Shown here piece after piece: positions 1 to 9,722 of a stretch of 64,000 nt of DNA (within the stretch, counting starts at the first letter, position 1; the number at the start of each line of letters is the position of its first letter). The notes beneath the pieces are model-generated. The model did not search any database. It was given only the letters and a program-made list of their open reading frames with translations, and was not told the origin of the DNA. Both the position numbers and the translations under genes were made by a program. This DNA is from Cyanobacteriota bacterium (lineage in GTDB: Bacteria > Cyanobacteriota > Cyanobacteriia > PCC-6307 > Cyanobiaceae): assembly GCA_046052125.1 (NCBI GenBank), contig JBJOMY010000001.1:384001-448000 (forward strand). The letters run 5' to 3'.

Positions 1-1039
1 CTGATCCTCCGCGGGAGGGCCCGCGCCCCTCATCGGCATCACCGCCGCCGAGCAGGAAATCAAGGTTGTCGATGATCGGCTGCATCCAGGGGCCCATCTT
101 TTCCTCGAGGCTGCCCGGCAGAAAACCGATCTCCTTGCCCAGGGAGATCACCGGCCGCGTCACCAGCAGCCGCTCGTAGAGGTGTTCATCGGCCACCTGG
201 TGCAGCCCGGCCGCGAGGGCGAGCAGGGTTTTGCCAGTACCGGCCTTGCCCACCAGGGTGAGCAGCTGCACCGCTGGATCCAGCAGTAAATCCAGGGCAA
301 AGGTTTGCTCGCGGTTACGGGCTCCCACCTTCCCGAGGCGCACCTTGCCGGCGCGCTGCAGTGGCAACAGGCGCTGGCTGGCGGCATCGAATCGGGCCAG
401 CTGCGTGTGGTTGGGCTGGGCCTGATCCACCAGCGTCACGCCTTCATTGGCCTGCAACGCCACTCCAGCGGCAGCCGGGAGATCAGTGAGAGCCAGGCCG
501 CCCTCGCTCTTGAGCTGCTCCATCGCCGTGGCGCTGGCCATCAGCTCGCAGACACCGGGGTAGAGGTCGGCGATGTCGACCTTGTCGGTGGTGTAGTCCT
601 GCGCCGTGAGGCCCACGGCATCGGCCTTGATGCGCAGGTTGGTGTCTTTGGTGACGAGCACCACTGGCGGCTGATCGCTGATCAGCCCGGAGCGCAGCTG
701 CTCGAGGGCCACCGCCAGGATGTTGTTGTCGCCGTTGCCGCCCTTGAGCTCGGGGGGCAGCTGAGCCAGCGTTTCGCTGCGACAGAACACCACCTGGAGG
801 GTGCCGCCGCTGCCGTCATCGATCGGCACCCCATCAGCCAAGTTGCCCTTCTCGCGCAGGGCATCGAGCAGCCGCGAGATTTGGCGCGCATTGCGGCCTT
901 TCTCCGAAGGATCGCGCTTGAAGCGATCGATCTCCTCCACCACCTCAATCGGGATCACCACCGCGTTGTCTTCAAAGCGGGTGAGCGCCTGGGGGTCGTG
1001 CAGCAACACATTCGTATCAAGAACGAAGGTCTTACGCAT
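1..1039 (-). CDS. PIN-PhoH fusion protein (PhoH2/YlaK family), 3' end runs off the window
   Basis: Not in the ORF track (no stop in window). Manual translation from ATG 1039: MRKTFVLDTNVLLHDP...IPIEVVEEIDRFK...DNNILAVA...LVTKDTNLRIKA (PIN domain), then [17 protein letters not shown] (PhoH Walker A) and GFLPGSLEEKMGPW. Confidence 0.9.
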   Translation of the reverse strand, partial: MRKTFVLDTNVLLHDPQALTRFEDNAVVIPIEVVEEIDRFKRDPSEKGRNARQISRLLDALREKGNLADGVPIDDGSGGTLQVVFCRSETLAQLPPELKGGNGDNNILAVALEQLRSGLISDQPPVVLVTKDTNLRIKADAVGLTAQDYTTDKVDIADLYPGVCELMASATAMEQLKSEGGLALTDLPAAAGVALQANEGVTLVDQAQPNHTQLARFDAASQRLLPLQRAGKVRLGKVGARNREQTFALDLLLDPAVQLLTLVGKAGTGKTLLALAAGLHQVADEHLYERLLVTRPVISLGKEIGFLPGSLEEKMGPWMQPIIDNLDFLLGGGDADEGRGPSRGGS

Positions 1040-1125
1040 CACGGGCCTCCCAAGGAGATAGCGCCACGCTAGGCGGCATTTCCAGCAGCAAGCTCTACGC
1101 TCCCGCAGAACTCAAAGCGCTGGCT

Positions 1126-2304
1126 TTGCATCCTCTGCTCGCTGTGTTGTTGATCGCCGCCCTGATCTTTGGGTTGGCGTTGTTGTGGCTGGAGGCCCGT
1201 CACCGGCTGCGGCCCGCCTCGCCTCTGCGGCTCAGCAGCGGCGGCTGGAAAGTGCAGCGCAGCGGCGACAACGTCCTGCGGGTGAAGGGCAGCATTGCCA
1301 TCACCAATCCTCACCCGCGCATGGAGGTGTTCGTGCCGGAGATCGAGCTGAAACCCACCCTGCTGGGTCGCTCGGCTCTCGATGCGATCTCCATTCAGAG
1401 CCGGATCACCCCACAGCATCCCGATGAGGAGGCCAGAGCCGATGGCTACTGGTTCGCCTACATCGTGAAAGGCCGCAAAACCACCCAGGCCGAGATCAGC
1501 TTGGAGATCACGGGTCCTGAAGGCAGTGACCTACGCCAGCTGCTCGACACCCTCTGGCTGGAGATCCTCTGGACGAACTACGGCCCCTTCGGCCGGCTCC
1601 AACATCGCGATGGCGTGCTGATCCCCCTGCGCCGCCCCGCAGCAGCGCAACCCGGCACTGCGCATTGGCGCAGCGGTGATCGCTGCTCGGTGTTGCCGAT
1701 CCGCACCCATCTGCTCGGCACCCTCGACGATCCCGCCGAAGTGCTGCGCCATTACGCCGGCGCCGTGCTCCAACCGGGCGACGTGCTCACCATCGGCGAG
1801 ACCCCTTTAGCGGTGATGCAGGGCCGCTACAACCACCCCGCCAACCTGCAGCCGTCGTCATTGGCTCGCCTGCTGTGCCGGGTGTTCCACCCCACCAGCT
1901 CCCTGGCCACCGCCTGCGGCCTACAAACCCTGATCGACAACGTGGGGCCCGCCCGCGTGCTCTGCGCCTGGCTGCTCGGCACGGCTCTGAAGTTGGTGGG
2001 CTCGAAGGGCTGGTTTTACCGGCTGGCCGGCGAGCAAGCCCGCCTGATCGACGACGTGACCGGCACCACGCCGCCCTACGACCAGACAATCGTGCTGGGA
2101 CCGGCCGACAGCACAGCGGTGTGCCAGCAACTGGCCGCCGAGCTGGGCGTCGCCGTTGCGGTGGTGGACGTGAACGACCTCGGCCGGGTGAAGGTGCTCG
2201 CCTCAAGCCCCGGTTGCGACGAGGAGCTGCTGATGCGGGCCCTCAAACCCAACCCGGCGGGCAATGCCAACGAACGCACACCACTGGTGCTGGTGCGCCC
2301 ATAA
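1126..2304 (+). CDS. F420-0:gamma-glutamyl ligase (CofE)-like protein with N-terminal membrane anchor
   Basis: N-terminal TM helix; C-terminal half has GDVLTIGETPLAVMQG, IDDVTGTTPPYD and VAVVDVNDLG, typical of the cyanobacterial CofE-like family. TTG start. Confidence 0.7.
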   Translation: MHPLLAVLLIAALIFGLALLWLEARHRLRPASPLRLSSGGWKVQRSGDNVLRVKGSIAITNPHPRMEVFVPEIELKPTLLGRSALDAISIQSRITPQHPDEEARADGYWFAYIVKGRKTTQAEISLEITGPEGSDLRQLLDTLWLEILWTNYGPFGRLQHRDGVLIPLRRPAAAQPGTAHWRSGDRCSVLPIRTHLLGTLDDPAEVLRHYAGAVLQPGDVLTIGETPLAVMQGRYNHPANLQPSSLARLLCRVFHPTSSLATACGLQTLIDNVGPARVLCAWLLGTALKLVGSKGWFYRLAGEQARLIDDVTGTTPPYDQTIVLGPADSTAVCQQLAAELGVAVAVVDVNDLGRVKVLASSPGCDEELLMRALKPNPAGNANERTPLVLVRP

Positions 2305-2336
2305 CATTGCAGTAGGCCCAGCTCAGGCTGCGCAAC

Positions 2337-3389
2337 GTGTCTCCAGCAGCACCAGCCCAGCCCAGCACCCAGGCGCCCTGCCTGCATGTGATTCCCCTGC
2401 GGGGCTGGCATCTGCCCCTGCTGCAGGACCCCTGTTTCAGCGATCTCCTGCCACTCCTGCAGCGCGCAGTGCTCCTGCAGGCGCCGGAGCGGCTGCTCAA
2501 CAGCCTCACGGCCCGGCCGCCGCTGGCTCCGGATGTGCTGCTGGCCTACCGGGAGCCTCAACAACCGCTTGGCTTGCTGCTCAGCCAACGGCTCAACCGC
2601 AGCGGCAGCTGCTGGCAGCTGCTCCAGTTGCGCAGCAGTGCGGCGAGCCTGAGCGCCGGCGAGGCGGGCCGGATGGCCATCGAAGCGGCCCTGGTTCGTG
2701 AAGCGATCCAACGCAGCCGCGGGGCAGCCAGCTGGATCGCCACCGCCTCCACCAACGACAGCGACCGCCTGGCCCTGCTGCGTCAGCAGGGATTCCAGCC
2801 CCTACGGCGTGAAACCCTTTGGCGCTGGGAGCCGACCCACGCCACCCGCAACCGGGACCTGCCCGCAGATCTGCAACTGCGCCCCCTCAATCGCCGCAAC
2901 GCCGCAGCCATGTGGCAACTGGAGCAAGCGGCCATGCCCGCCCAGCTGCGCCAACTGCTCGATCGCCGCATCGACGACCTGCTCGATCAGAGCGAGCAGC
3001 CCAGCCTGATGCTGTTTGACAACAACCGGCAGCAGGCCGTTGCCGGTGCCCGCCGCCTCAGGCCAGGCAGCCGCGGCCTACCCGAATTGGAGTTGAGCGT
3101 GCATCCAGGCTGGCAGCACCTGCTGGGTGAGCCTCTGCAGCTCCTGCTGGAACGCAGTGCCGGCGACGCTGATCAGCTGCTGGTGCGCAGCGATGTGCTC
3201 GATCAAGAGCGCAGCCACTGGCTTCAGAGCCTTGGCATGGCGCCAGAGGGAGAGGAGGTGGTGATGGCCCGCAGCGTCTGGCGGCGCCATGCACCTCAAC
3301 AAAGTCCGCAGATGGCCCAGCGCCTGGAGGCGGTCTGGGGCAGGCTGCAACCGGGGCAACGCCCCATCCCCACACCCCTAGGCCGCTGA
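2337..3389 (+). CDS. Conserved hypothetical protein, degenerate GNAT-like fold
   Basis: 350-aa ORF filling the gap between co-oriented genes; 'LALLRQQGFQP' and 'LSVHPGWQHL' resemble GNAT motifs. Confidence 0.6.
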   Translation: MSPAAPAQPSTQAPCLHVIPLRGWHLPLLQDPCFSDLLPLLQRAVLLQAPERLLNSLTARPPLAPDVLLAYREPQQPLGLLLSQRLNRSGSCWQLLQLRSSAASLSAGEAGRMAIEAALVREAIQRSRGAASWIATASTNDSDRLALLRQQGFQPLRRETLWRWEPTHATRNRDLPADLQLRPLNRRNAAAMWQLEQAAMPAQLRQLLDRRIDDLLDQSEQPSLMLFDNNRQQAVAGARRLRPGSRGLPELELSVHPGWQHLLGEPLQLLLERSAGDADQLLVRSDVLDQERSHWLQSLGMAPEGEEVVMARSVWRRHAPQQSPQMAQRLEAVWGRLQPGQRPIPTPLGR

Positions 3390-3869
3390 ATGGGGGCACC
3401 GGCCCCGCGATCCGTGCTCGCTCTGGATGTGGGCCGCAAGCGCATCGGCCTGGCCGGTTGCGACCCACTCGGGCTCACCGTGACCCGACTGCCGGCCTTG
3501 AGGCGCGGGCGTTATCCAGCGGATCTCGAGCTGTTGCGAGGGCTGGTGCAGCAGCGGCGCGTCACGGCCCTGGTGGTGGGCTTACCCCTCGACGCCCAAC
3601 AGGAACCCACCGATCAGGCCGTGCACTGCCGCCGTTATGGCGAACGCCTGGCCCGCCACCTGGATCTGCCCCTGGCTCTGGTGAATGAATACGCCAGCAG
3701 CTGGGCTGCGGGGGAACGGCATGGCCTGCACGGCGACCGCAGCGGAGCCCTGGATAGCGCCGCAGCCGGACTGTTGCTGGAGCAGTGGTTGCAGGAGGGT
3801 CCAGAGCCGGCGCCGGTGGCAGCGTCGGCCCCGGACGTTGGCTCCGGGGCCGACGCCCAGGCATCCTGA
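3390..3869 (+). CDS. ruvX: YqgF/RuvX RNase H-like nuclease
   Basis: VLALDVGRKRIGLA, LVVGLP, VNEYASS and DSAAAGLLLEQWL motifs. Confidence 0.92.
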   Translation: MGAPAPRSVLALDVGRKRIGLAGCDPLGLTVTRLPALRRGRYPADLELLRGLVQQRRVTALVVGLPLDAQQEPTDQAVHCRRYGERLARHLDLPLALVNEYASSWAAGERHGLHGDRSGALDSAAAGLLLEQWLQEGPEPAPVAASAPDVGSGADAQAS

Positions 3870-3888
3870 AGAGACACAGGATCAACCC

Positions 3889-4455
3889 ATGAGCTCAGAC
3901 GGCCCCAGCATGAACGGCGCCGGTGATGTGCCCACCGTGCTGGTACGCGACGGCGACGGCCGTCAGCTGCTCTGCTTCCTCGAGCAGCTGATTCCGCTCG
4001 ATGGCAAGGATTACGCCCTGCTCACCCCGGTGGACACCCCGGTGTGCCTGGTGCGCATCGCCGCTGATGACGACGGCGACGACGAGGTGATCGACGAACT
4101 CGATGGGGCCGAGCCGATCCTCTCGGTGGCCGATGTGGTGCTGCAGGAGCACGACCTCACCCTGGTGCGTTCCGCCGTGACCCTGACGGTGAGCGGCGAA
4201 CTCGAGGAGCCCGACCCCGAAGAGCTCGATGAGGAGATCGACGCTGACGACGACGAGGAAACCGACCTCTACGAAATGCTGATCCAGTTCCGCGCCGAAG
4301 GCGAGGAATATGGATTGTTCATTCCCCTCGACCCCTTCTTTGTGGTGGCACGCATGGAGAACGGGGAGGGAGTCCTGGTAGAAGGCGAAGAGTTCGAACG
4401 GGTGCAGCCGCGCATCGAGGCTGAACTCGACGAACGCGAACTCGGCGAGCGCTGA
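3889..4455 (+). CDS. DUF3727/DUF1292-type acidic cyanobacterial protein
   Basis: YALLTPVDTPV, LTLVRSAVTLTVSG and PLDPFFVVAR; ATG at 3889 just after the ruvX stop. Confidence 0.75.
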   Translation: MSSDGPSMNGAGDVPTVLVRDGDGRQLLCFLEQLIPLDGKDYALLTPVDTPVCLVRIAADDDGDDEVIDELDGAEPILSVADVVLQEHDLTLVRSAVTLTVSGELEEPDPEELDEEIDADDDEETDLYEMLIQFRAEGEEYGLFIPLDPFFVVARMENGEGVLVEGEEFERVQPRIEAELDERELGER

Positions 4456-4474
4456 GCTCACCCGCACCAGCACC

Positions 4475-4996
4475 GTGACGCAGCTCTCCCTGCCGCAACT
4501 GCTCCAGCCCGACCTGGTGGCCCCAGGCACCCTGGCGGAGCTGCCGCTCCACCAGCTGCTGGCCCAGGGCATCCGTGCCCTGGTGCTGGATGTGGATCGA
4601 ACCCTCCTGCCCAGACACTGCAGTGAGCTGCCGCCGGCCGTGGAGGCATGGCTGCGCCGCGCCCAACAGACCCTGCCGCTGCATCTGTTCAGCAACAATC
4701 CCTCCCGCAGCCGCATCGGCGGGGTGGCCGAGCGGTTGGGGGTTGACTTCACCACCAGTGCCGGCAAACCCCGACGCGGTCCGCTGCGCCGCGTGGTGGA
4801 GCAGCTGGATCTGCCCCATGGCCAGGTGGCGATCGTCGGTGATCGGGTGTTCACCGATGTGCTGGCCGGCAATCGCCTGGGCCTCTACACGGTGTTGGTG
4901 AAACCGGTGAACCCGCAGGGCGAACCCTGCCGGCACGACCACTGGCAACGGCTGGAGGTGCGACTGGCTGAGCTGGCGGGGGCAACGCTCCGCTGA
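4475..4996 (+). CDS. YqeG family HAD IIIA phosphatase
   Basis: LDVDRTL, FSNN, AGKP and VGDRVFTDVLAGNRLG. Confidence 0.9.
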   Translation: MTQLSLPQLLQPDLVAPGTLAELPLHQLLAQGIRALVLDVDRTLLPRHCSELPPAVEAWLRRAQQTLPLHLFSNNPSRSRIGGVAERLGVDFTTSAGKPRRGPLRRVVEQLDLPHGQVAIVGDRVFTDVLAGNRLGLYTVLVKPVNPQGEPCRHDHWQRLEVRLAELAGATLR

Positions 4997-4997
4997 G

Positions 4998-6083
4998 ATG
5001 ACGATGCGCCGGGTCATCAAGGTGGGCACCAGCGTGCTGCGCGGTGCCGGTGGACGCACCACCAACGAGGTAATCGCCGACCTGGCGACAAGCCTTTGCA
5101 GCCTCTGGGAGCGACAGGAGCCGGTGGTGCTGGTGACCAGCGGCGCTGTGGGGCTCGGCTGCACTGCCCTAGGCCACAGCCAACGTCCCAGCGAACTGGA
5201 GGGCCTCCAAGCCGCTGCCGCCGTGGGCCAGGGCCGGCTGATGACGCTCTACGACCAAGCCTTCGCCCGCCATGGTCGGTGCGTGGCCCAGGTGTTGCTC
5301 ACCCGTGGCGATCTGGCTTCCCGGAGGCGCTACCAAAACGCCTGTCGCACGCTCGAGCAGCTGCTCGATTGGGGCGTGACGCCCGTGATCAACGAAAACG
5401 ACACCCTCGCCACCGACGAGCTGCGCTTCGGGGATAACGACACCCTCTCCGCGCTGGTCGCCGAAGCCGTGCAGGCCGATGAGCTGGTGCTGCTCACCGA
5501 CATCGACAGCCTGTATTCCGGCGACCCCCGCAGCGACGCGGATGCGAAGCCGATCGCCGAGGTGAACAGCCTCGCGGAGCTTGAGGCACTCAGTGGCGTG
5601 GCCAAAGGCGGCGGCCGCTGGGGCACCGGCGGCATGACCACCAAGCTCTCCGCCGCCCGCATCGCCACCGCCAGTGGGATCCAGGTGCGCCTGGCCGATG
5701 GCCGTGATCCCGCTGTGCTCGATGCCGTGCTTCAAGGCGAAGCGCGGGGCACGTTGTTTCGTGCCAGTGCCACACCCCTGAGCAACCGCAAGGGATGGCT
5801 CGCCCACGCCCTGTTGCCTAAGGGCAGCATCCGCGTGGATGCCGGTGCCGAGCGAGCGCTCCTGCAGCAGGGCGCCTCTCTGCTGGCGGTGGGCGTGCGC
5901 GCTGTGGAGGGGCAATTCAGCCGCAACGACGCGGTGCGGCTGCTCAGCCTCGATGGGCGAGAGCTGGCGCGTGGTCTCAGTGCCATGGACAGCGAGGAGC
6001 TGGAGCAGCGCAAGGGCCAGCGCGGACTGGTGGTGCACCGCAACCAGCTGGTGCTCACCCCGAACGCAGGCGCACCGGCCTGA
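4998..6083 (+). CDS. proB: Glutamate 5-kinase
   Basis: VIKVGTS, QAAAAVGQ, INENDT, FGDNDTLSA, GTGGMTTK; C-terminal PUA domain. Confidence 0.97.
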   Translation: MTMRRVIKVGTSVLRGAGGRTTNEVIADLATSLCSLWERQEPVVLVTSGAVGLGCTALGHSQRPSELEGLQAAAAVGQGRLMTLYDQAFARHGRCVAQVLLTRGDLASRRRYQNACRTLEQLLDWGVTPVINENDTLATDELRFGDNDTLSALVAEAVQADELVLLTDIDSLYSGDPRSDADAKPIAEVNSLAELEALSGVAKGGGRWGTGGMTTKLSAARIATASGIQVRLADGRDPAVLDAVLQGEARGTLFRASATPLSNRKGWLAHALLPKGSIRVDAGAERALLQQGASLLAVGVRAVEGQFSRNDAVRLLSLDGRELARGLSAMDSEELEQRKGQRGLVVHRNQLVLTPNAGAPA

Positions 6084-6125
6084 CCCGCCTACGATCCGCG
6101 CGACCACTCGGTTTCCGCGGCTCCC

Positions 6126-7193
6126 ATGCGCTTCAGCCAATTGCTCAGCCACCTGAGCGAAGTGCAGGCCGCGGGCGGCCCCCAGACCCTGCAGCACGGC
6201 CTAGCGAACGACCCGGAACTGCAAAGCGCAGCTGCCCTCGATCAATCCGGCCCTGGTGACCTGAGCTTTCTCGAACCCGGCAACGCCCTGGCGGCAGGCC
6301 TTGCCGCCAGTGGCGCCAGCGCGGTGCTGCTGCCCGCCAAGGGGGATGAAGCGGAAGCGCTCCAGCAGCAGGCCAGCGAGCGCGGCCAAGCCTGGATTGC
6401 CCTGAAGGATCCGCGCCTGGCCTTTGCCGAAGCGTTGGATGCCCTCTATCCCCGCCAAGCCAAAGCCCCCGGCATCCACGCCAGTGCCGTCGTCGATCCC
6501 GCGGCTGTCGTGGGGATGGGCAGCCATGTGGGCGCCCACGTGGTGATCGGCGCCCAGGTGCAGATCGGCTCCAGCTGCACCATCCACCCCAACGTGGTGA
6601 TCTACGACGACGTGCAGATCGGCGACAGCTGTGAGCTCCACGCCGGCGCCGTACTCCACCCCGGCTCCAGGCTGGGGCGCGGCTGCGTGGTGCACTCCAA
6701 CGCCGTGGTGGGCAGCGAGGGGTTCGGCTTTGTGCCCACCGCTCAGGGCTGGCGCAAGATGCCCCAGACCGGCCTGGTGGTGCTCGAAGACGGCGTGGAA
6801 GTGGGCTGCGGCAGCACCATCGATCGGCCCTCAGTGGGCGAAACCCGCATCGGTGCTGGCACCAAGATCGACAACCTGGTGCATATCGGCCACGGCGTGA
6901 GCACCGGCAAGGGCTGTGCCCTGGCGGCGCAGGTGGGCATCGCCGGCGGAGCGCGCCTGGGGAATGGCGTGATCCTGGCGGGCCAGGTGGGGCTGGCCAA
7001 TAAGGCGGTGATGGGTGATCGCTCCATCGCCTCCTCGAAATCAGGCATCCACGGTGAAGTGGCCGCCGGCGAAGTGGTGAGCGGCTACCCCGCGATCCCC
7101 AATCGCCTCTGGCTGCGTTGCTCAGCCGCCTTCAACAAACTGCCGGAGCTGACCAAGGCGATCCGCAGCCTCGAGAAGAGCCGCACCCCCTGA
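6126..7193 (+). CDS. lpxD: UDP-3-O-acyl-glucosamine N-acyltransferase
   Basis: Hexapeptide repeats, [23 protein letters not shown]. Confidence 0.96.
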   Translation: MRFSQLLSHLSEVQAAGGPQTLQHGLANDPELQSAAALDQSGPGDLSFLEPGNALAAGLAASGASAVLLPAKGDEAEALQQQASERGQAWIALKDPRLAFAEALDALYPRQAKAPGIHASAVVDPAAVVGMGSHVGAHVVIGAQVQIGSSCTIHPNVVIYDDVQIGDSCELHAGAVLHPGSRLGRGCVVHSNAVVGSEGFGFVPTAQGWRKMPQTGLVVLEDGVEVGCGSTIDRPSVGETRIGAGTKIDNLVHIGHGVSTGKGCALAAQVGIAGGARLGNGVILAGQVGLANKAVMGDRSIASSKSGIHGEVAAGEVVSGYPAIPNRLWLRCSAAFNKLPELTKAIRSLEKSRTP

Positions 7194-7256
7194 ACCGCAG
7201 CGCAGCCAACCACTCACGCATCAGCGCGTAGCCTCGCGCCCAGCACCCGCTCGGCC

Positions 7257-8342
7257 ATGACCTCCAGCTACCGGATCACCCTGCTCCCCGGCGACGGCAT
7301 CGGCCCGGAGATCACAGCGGTGGCCCGCCAGCTGCTGGATGCCGTGAGCCGCAAGAACGACTTTGAGCTGATCTACAACGAGCAGCCGATGGGTGGTGCC
7401 GCCATCGATGCCACCGGCGAGCCCCTGCCCGCCAGCACCCTGGAGGCCTGCAAGGCCGCCGATGCGGTGCTGCTCGCAGCGATCGGCTCGCCGCAATACG
7501 ACACCCTTCCCCGCGAGAAACGACCGGAAACCGGCCTGCTGGGACTGCGCGCGGGCATGGGCCTGTTCGCCAACCTGCGGCCGGTGAAAATCATTCCCGC
7601 CCTGATCGATGCCTCCACCCTCAAGCGCGAAGTGATCGAGGGGGTCGATCTCATGGTGGTGCGCGAGCTCACCGGCGGGGTGTACTTCGGTACCCCCAAG
7701 GGCCGCGTGGAGAGCGAGGGCCGGGTGCGCGGCTTCAACACCATGGCTTACTTCGACGATGAGATCGATCGCATCGCCAAGGTGGGCTTCGATCTGGCTG
7801 TGCAGCGCAGCGGCCGCCTCTGCAGCGTGGATAAAGCCAACGTGCTCGATGTGAGCCAGCTGTGGCGCGATCAAGTGGAGGCCATGCACGCCGCCAGCTA
7901 CCCCGGTGTGGAGCTCAGCCACATGTATGTGGACAACGCCGCTATGCAGCTGGTGCGCAACCCCCGCCAGTTCGACGTGCTGCTCACCAGCAACCTGTTC
8001 GGCGACATCCTCAGCGATGAAGCCGCCATGCTCAGCGGCTCAATCGGGATGCTGCCCTCGGCATCGCTGGGCGATGGTGGTCCGGGCCTGTTTGAGCCGA
8101 TCCACGGCTCCGCCCCGGACATCGCCCGCCAGGACAAGGCCAACCCGATGGCGATGGTGCTCAGCGCCGCCATGATGCTGCGGGTGGGTCTTGGCGAAGA
8201 CGCCGCCGCATCCGATCTGGAACGCTGCGTGGATCAGGTGCTGGCCGGCGGCTACCGCACCGGCGATCTGATGTCGGAAGGCTGCACCCAGCTGGGCTGC
8301 AATGCGATGGGCGATCAACTGCTGGCGGCCCTCCCCGGCTGA
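7257..8342 (+). CDS. leuB: 3-isopropylmalate dehydrogenase
   Basis: LPGDGIGPE, LFANLRP, VRELTGGVYFG, NLFGDILSDEA, EPIHGSAPDIA. Confidence 0.98.
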   Translation: MTSSYRITLLPGDGIGPEITAVARQLLDAVSRKNDFELIYNEQPMGGAAIDATGEPLPASTLEACKAADAVLLAAIGSPQYDTLPREKRPETGLLGLRAGMGLFANLRPVKIIPALIDASTLKREVIEGVDLMVVRELTGGVYFGTPKGRVESEGRVRGFNTMAYFDDEIDRIAKVGFDLAVQRSGRLCSVDKANVLDVSQLWRDQVEAMHAASYPGVELSHMYVDNAAMQLVRNPRQFDVLLTSNLFGDILSDEAAMLSGSIGMLPSASLGDGGPGLFEPIHGSAPDIARQDKANPMAMVLSAAMMLRVGLGEDAAASDLERCVDQVLAGGYRTGDLMSEGCTQLGCNAMGDQLLAALPG

Positions 8343-8422
8343 TCCCACGACAAGGCTTTGACGAATCGCAGGAGCGGGCGCCACGACCTGCCAAACTCGC
8401 CGCAGTTCTGCTGATCCTGCGC

Positions 8423-9325
8423 ATGTCGAAGCGTCACCCGGTCGTATCCGTTACCGGTTCCTCCGGCGCGGGGACCAGCACCGTGAAGCGCGCCTTCGAG
8501 CACATCTTCAAGCGCGAAGGCATCACACCGGCCGTGGTGGAAGGCGACAGCTACCACCGCTACGAGCGCGGCCCCATGAAGGAGGCCATGGCCTCCGCTC
8601 TGGCCAAGGGCGAGAACTTCAGCCACTTCGGCCCTGAAGCCAACCTGTTCGACAAGCTCGAGGAGCTGTTCAAGGCCTACGGCGAAACCGGTAGCGGTCA
8701 GAAGCGCTACTACCTGCACTCGGTGGAAGAGGCTGCCGAGCACAACGCTCGCCTGGGCACCAACCTCGAACCCGGCCAGTTCACCCCCTGGGAACCGATT
8801 CCTTCTGGCACCGACCTGCTCTTCTACGAAGGTCTGCACGGTGGAGTGAAGGGTGACGGCTACGACGTGGCCGGCCTGGCCGATCTGCTGGTGGGCGTGG
8901 TGCCGATCGTGAACCTGGAGTGGATCCAGAAGATCGCCCGCGACAACAAGGAGCGCGGCTACTCGGCTGAGGCCACCGTGGACACGATCCTGCGCCGCAT
9001 GCCGGATTACATCAACCACATCTGCCCGCAGTTCAGCCAGACCGACATCAACTTCCAGCGTGTCCCCACCGTGGACACCTCGAACCCGTTCATGATCCGC
9101 GACATCCCGACCCCGGATGAATCGTTCGTGATCATTCACTTCCGCAAGGGCGCTCGCGAGAAGTGGGGGATCGACTTCACCTACCTGCTCGACATGATCC
9201 ACGATTCGTTCATGTCCAGCCCCACCTCGATCGTTGTGAACGGCGGCAAGATGGGCTTCGCCATGGAACTGATCCTCACGCCGATCATCCACCGCATGAT
9301 CGAAGAGAAGAAGAGACTGGCTTGA
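8423..9325 (+). CDS. prk: Phosphoribulokinase (proteobacterial/alpha-cyanobacterial type)
   Basis: VTGSSGAGTS, EGDSYHRY, FYEGLHG, NLEWIQKI, FQRVPTVDTSNPF; strong codon bias. Confidence 0.97.
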   Translation: MSKRHPVVSVTGSSGAGTSTVKRAFEHIFKREGITPAVVEGDSYHRYERGPMKEAMASALAKGENFSHFGPEANLFDKLEELFKAYGETGSGQKRYYLHSVEEAAEHNARLGTNLEPGQFTPWEPIPSGTDLLFYEGLHGGVKGDGYDVAGLADLLVGVVPIVNLEWIQKIARDNKERGYSAEATVDTILRRMPDYINHICPQFSQTDINFQRVPTVDTSNPFMIRDIPTPDESFVIIHFRKGAREKWGIDFTYLLDMIHDSFMSSPTSIVVNGGKMGFAMELILTPIIHRMIEEKKRLA

Positions 9326-9398
9326 GCTTTCACGCCAACTAGGCTGAGGCGCAACTGGCGGACATGGTCCACTCCTGACGGTTGCTCCTCAGCCTCGT

Positions 9399-9722
9399 GT
9401 GAACCCACCGGCCTCCCCATCCTTTGTGATTCGGGGGGCGGTGGGTTCTTCTGTGCAGCCAGCTGCAGGCCAACCCCGTTGGGATCGGATCAACAGTGCC
9501 GTGGTGATCGCCCAGGCCAGGCGCATCTATTTCCACTTTTTGGAATGCTCGCCGAGCCATCACGATCCCCTAGGCGTGGTGATCACCCAACCGCACTCAG
9601 GCCAGGGCCGGGTGGTGTTCGAGCTCCCGGTGCTGCTGCCTGAGGAACAATTCATTCCGCTGGAGCTGGTGCGTGGCCGTGCCGGTCGCAGCCGCTCCAC
9701 TCGATCGCCTCTTCGCGGCTGA
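9399..9722 (+). CDS. Conserved hypothetical protein (picocyanobacterial)
   Basis: 107-aa ORF whose stop overlaps the pilD start (TGATG); [18 protein letters not shown] segment. Start uncertain. Confidence 0.55.
   Translation: MNPPASPSFVIRGAVGSSVQPAAGQPRWDRINSAVVIAQARRIYFHFLECSPSHHDPLGVVITQPHSGQGRVVFELPVLLPEEQFIPLELVRGRAGRSRSTRSPLRG

Noticed and set aside
305..1072. 255-aa + strand ORF and many similar long ORFs (e.g. 12686-14014, 20472-21731, 32901-34019)
   Set aside because: Antisense or alternative-frame shadows of well-supported genes, expected at this GC content; no recognisable motifs.
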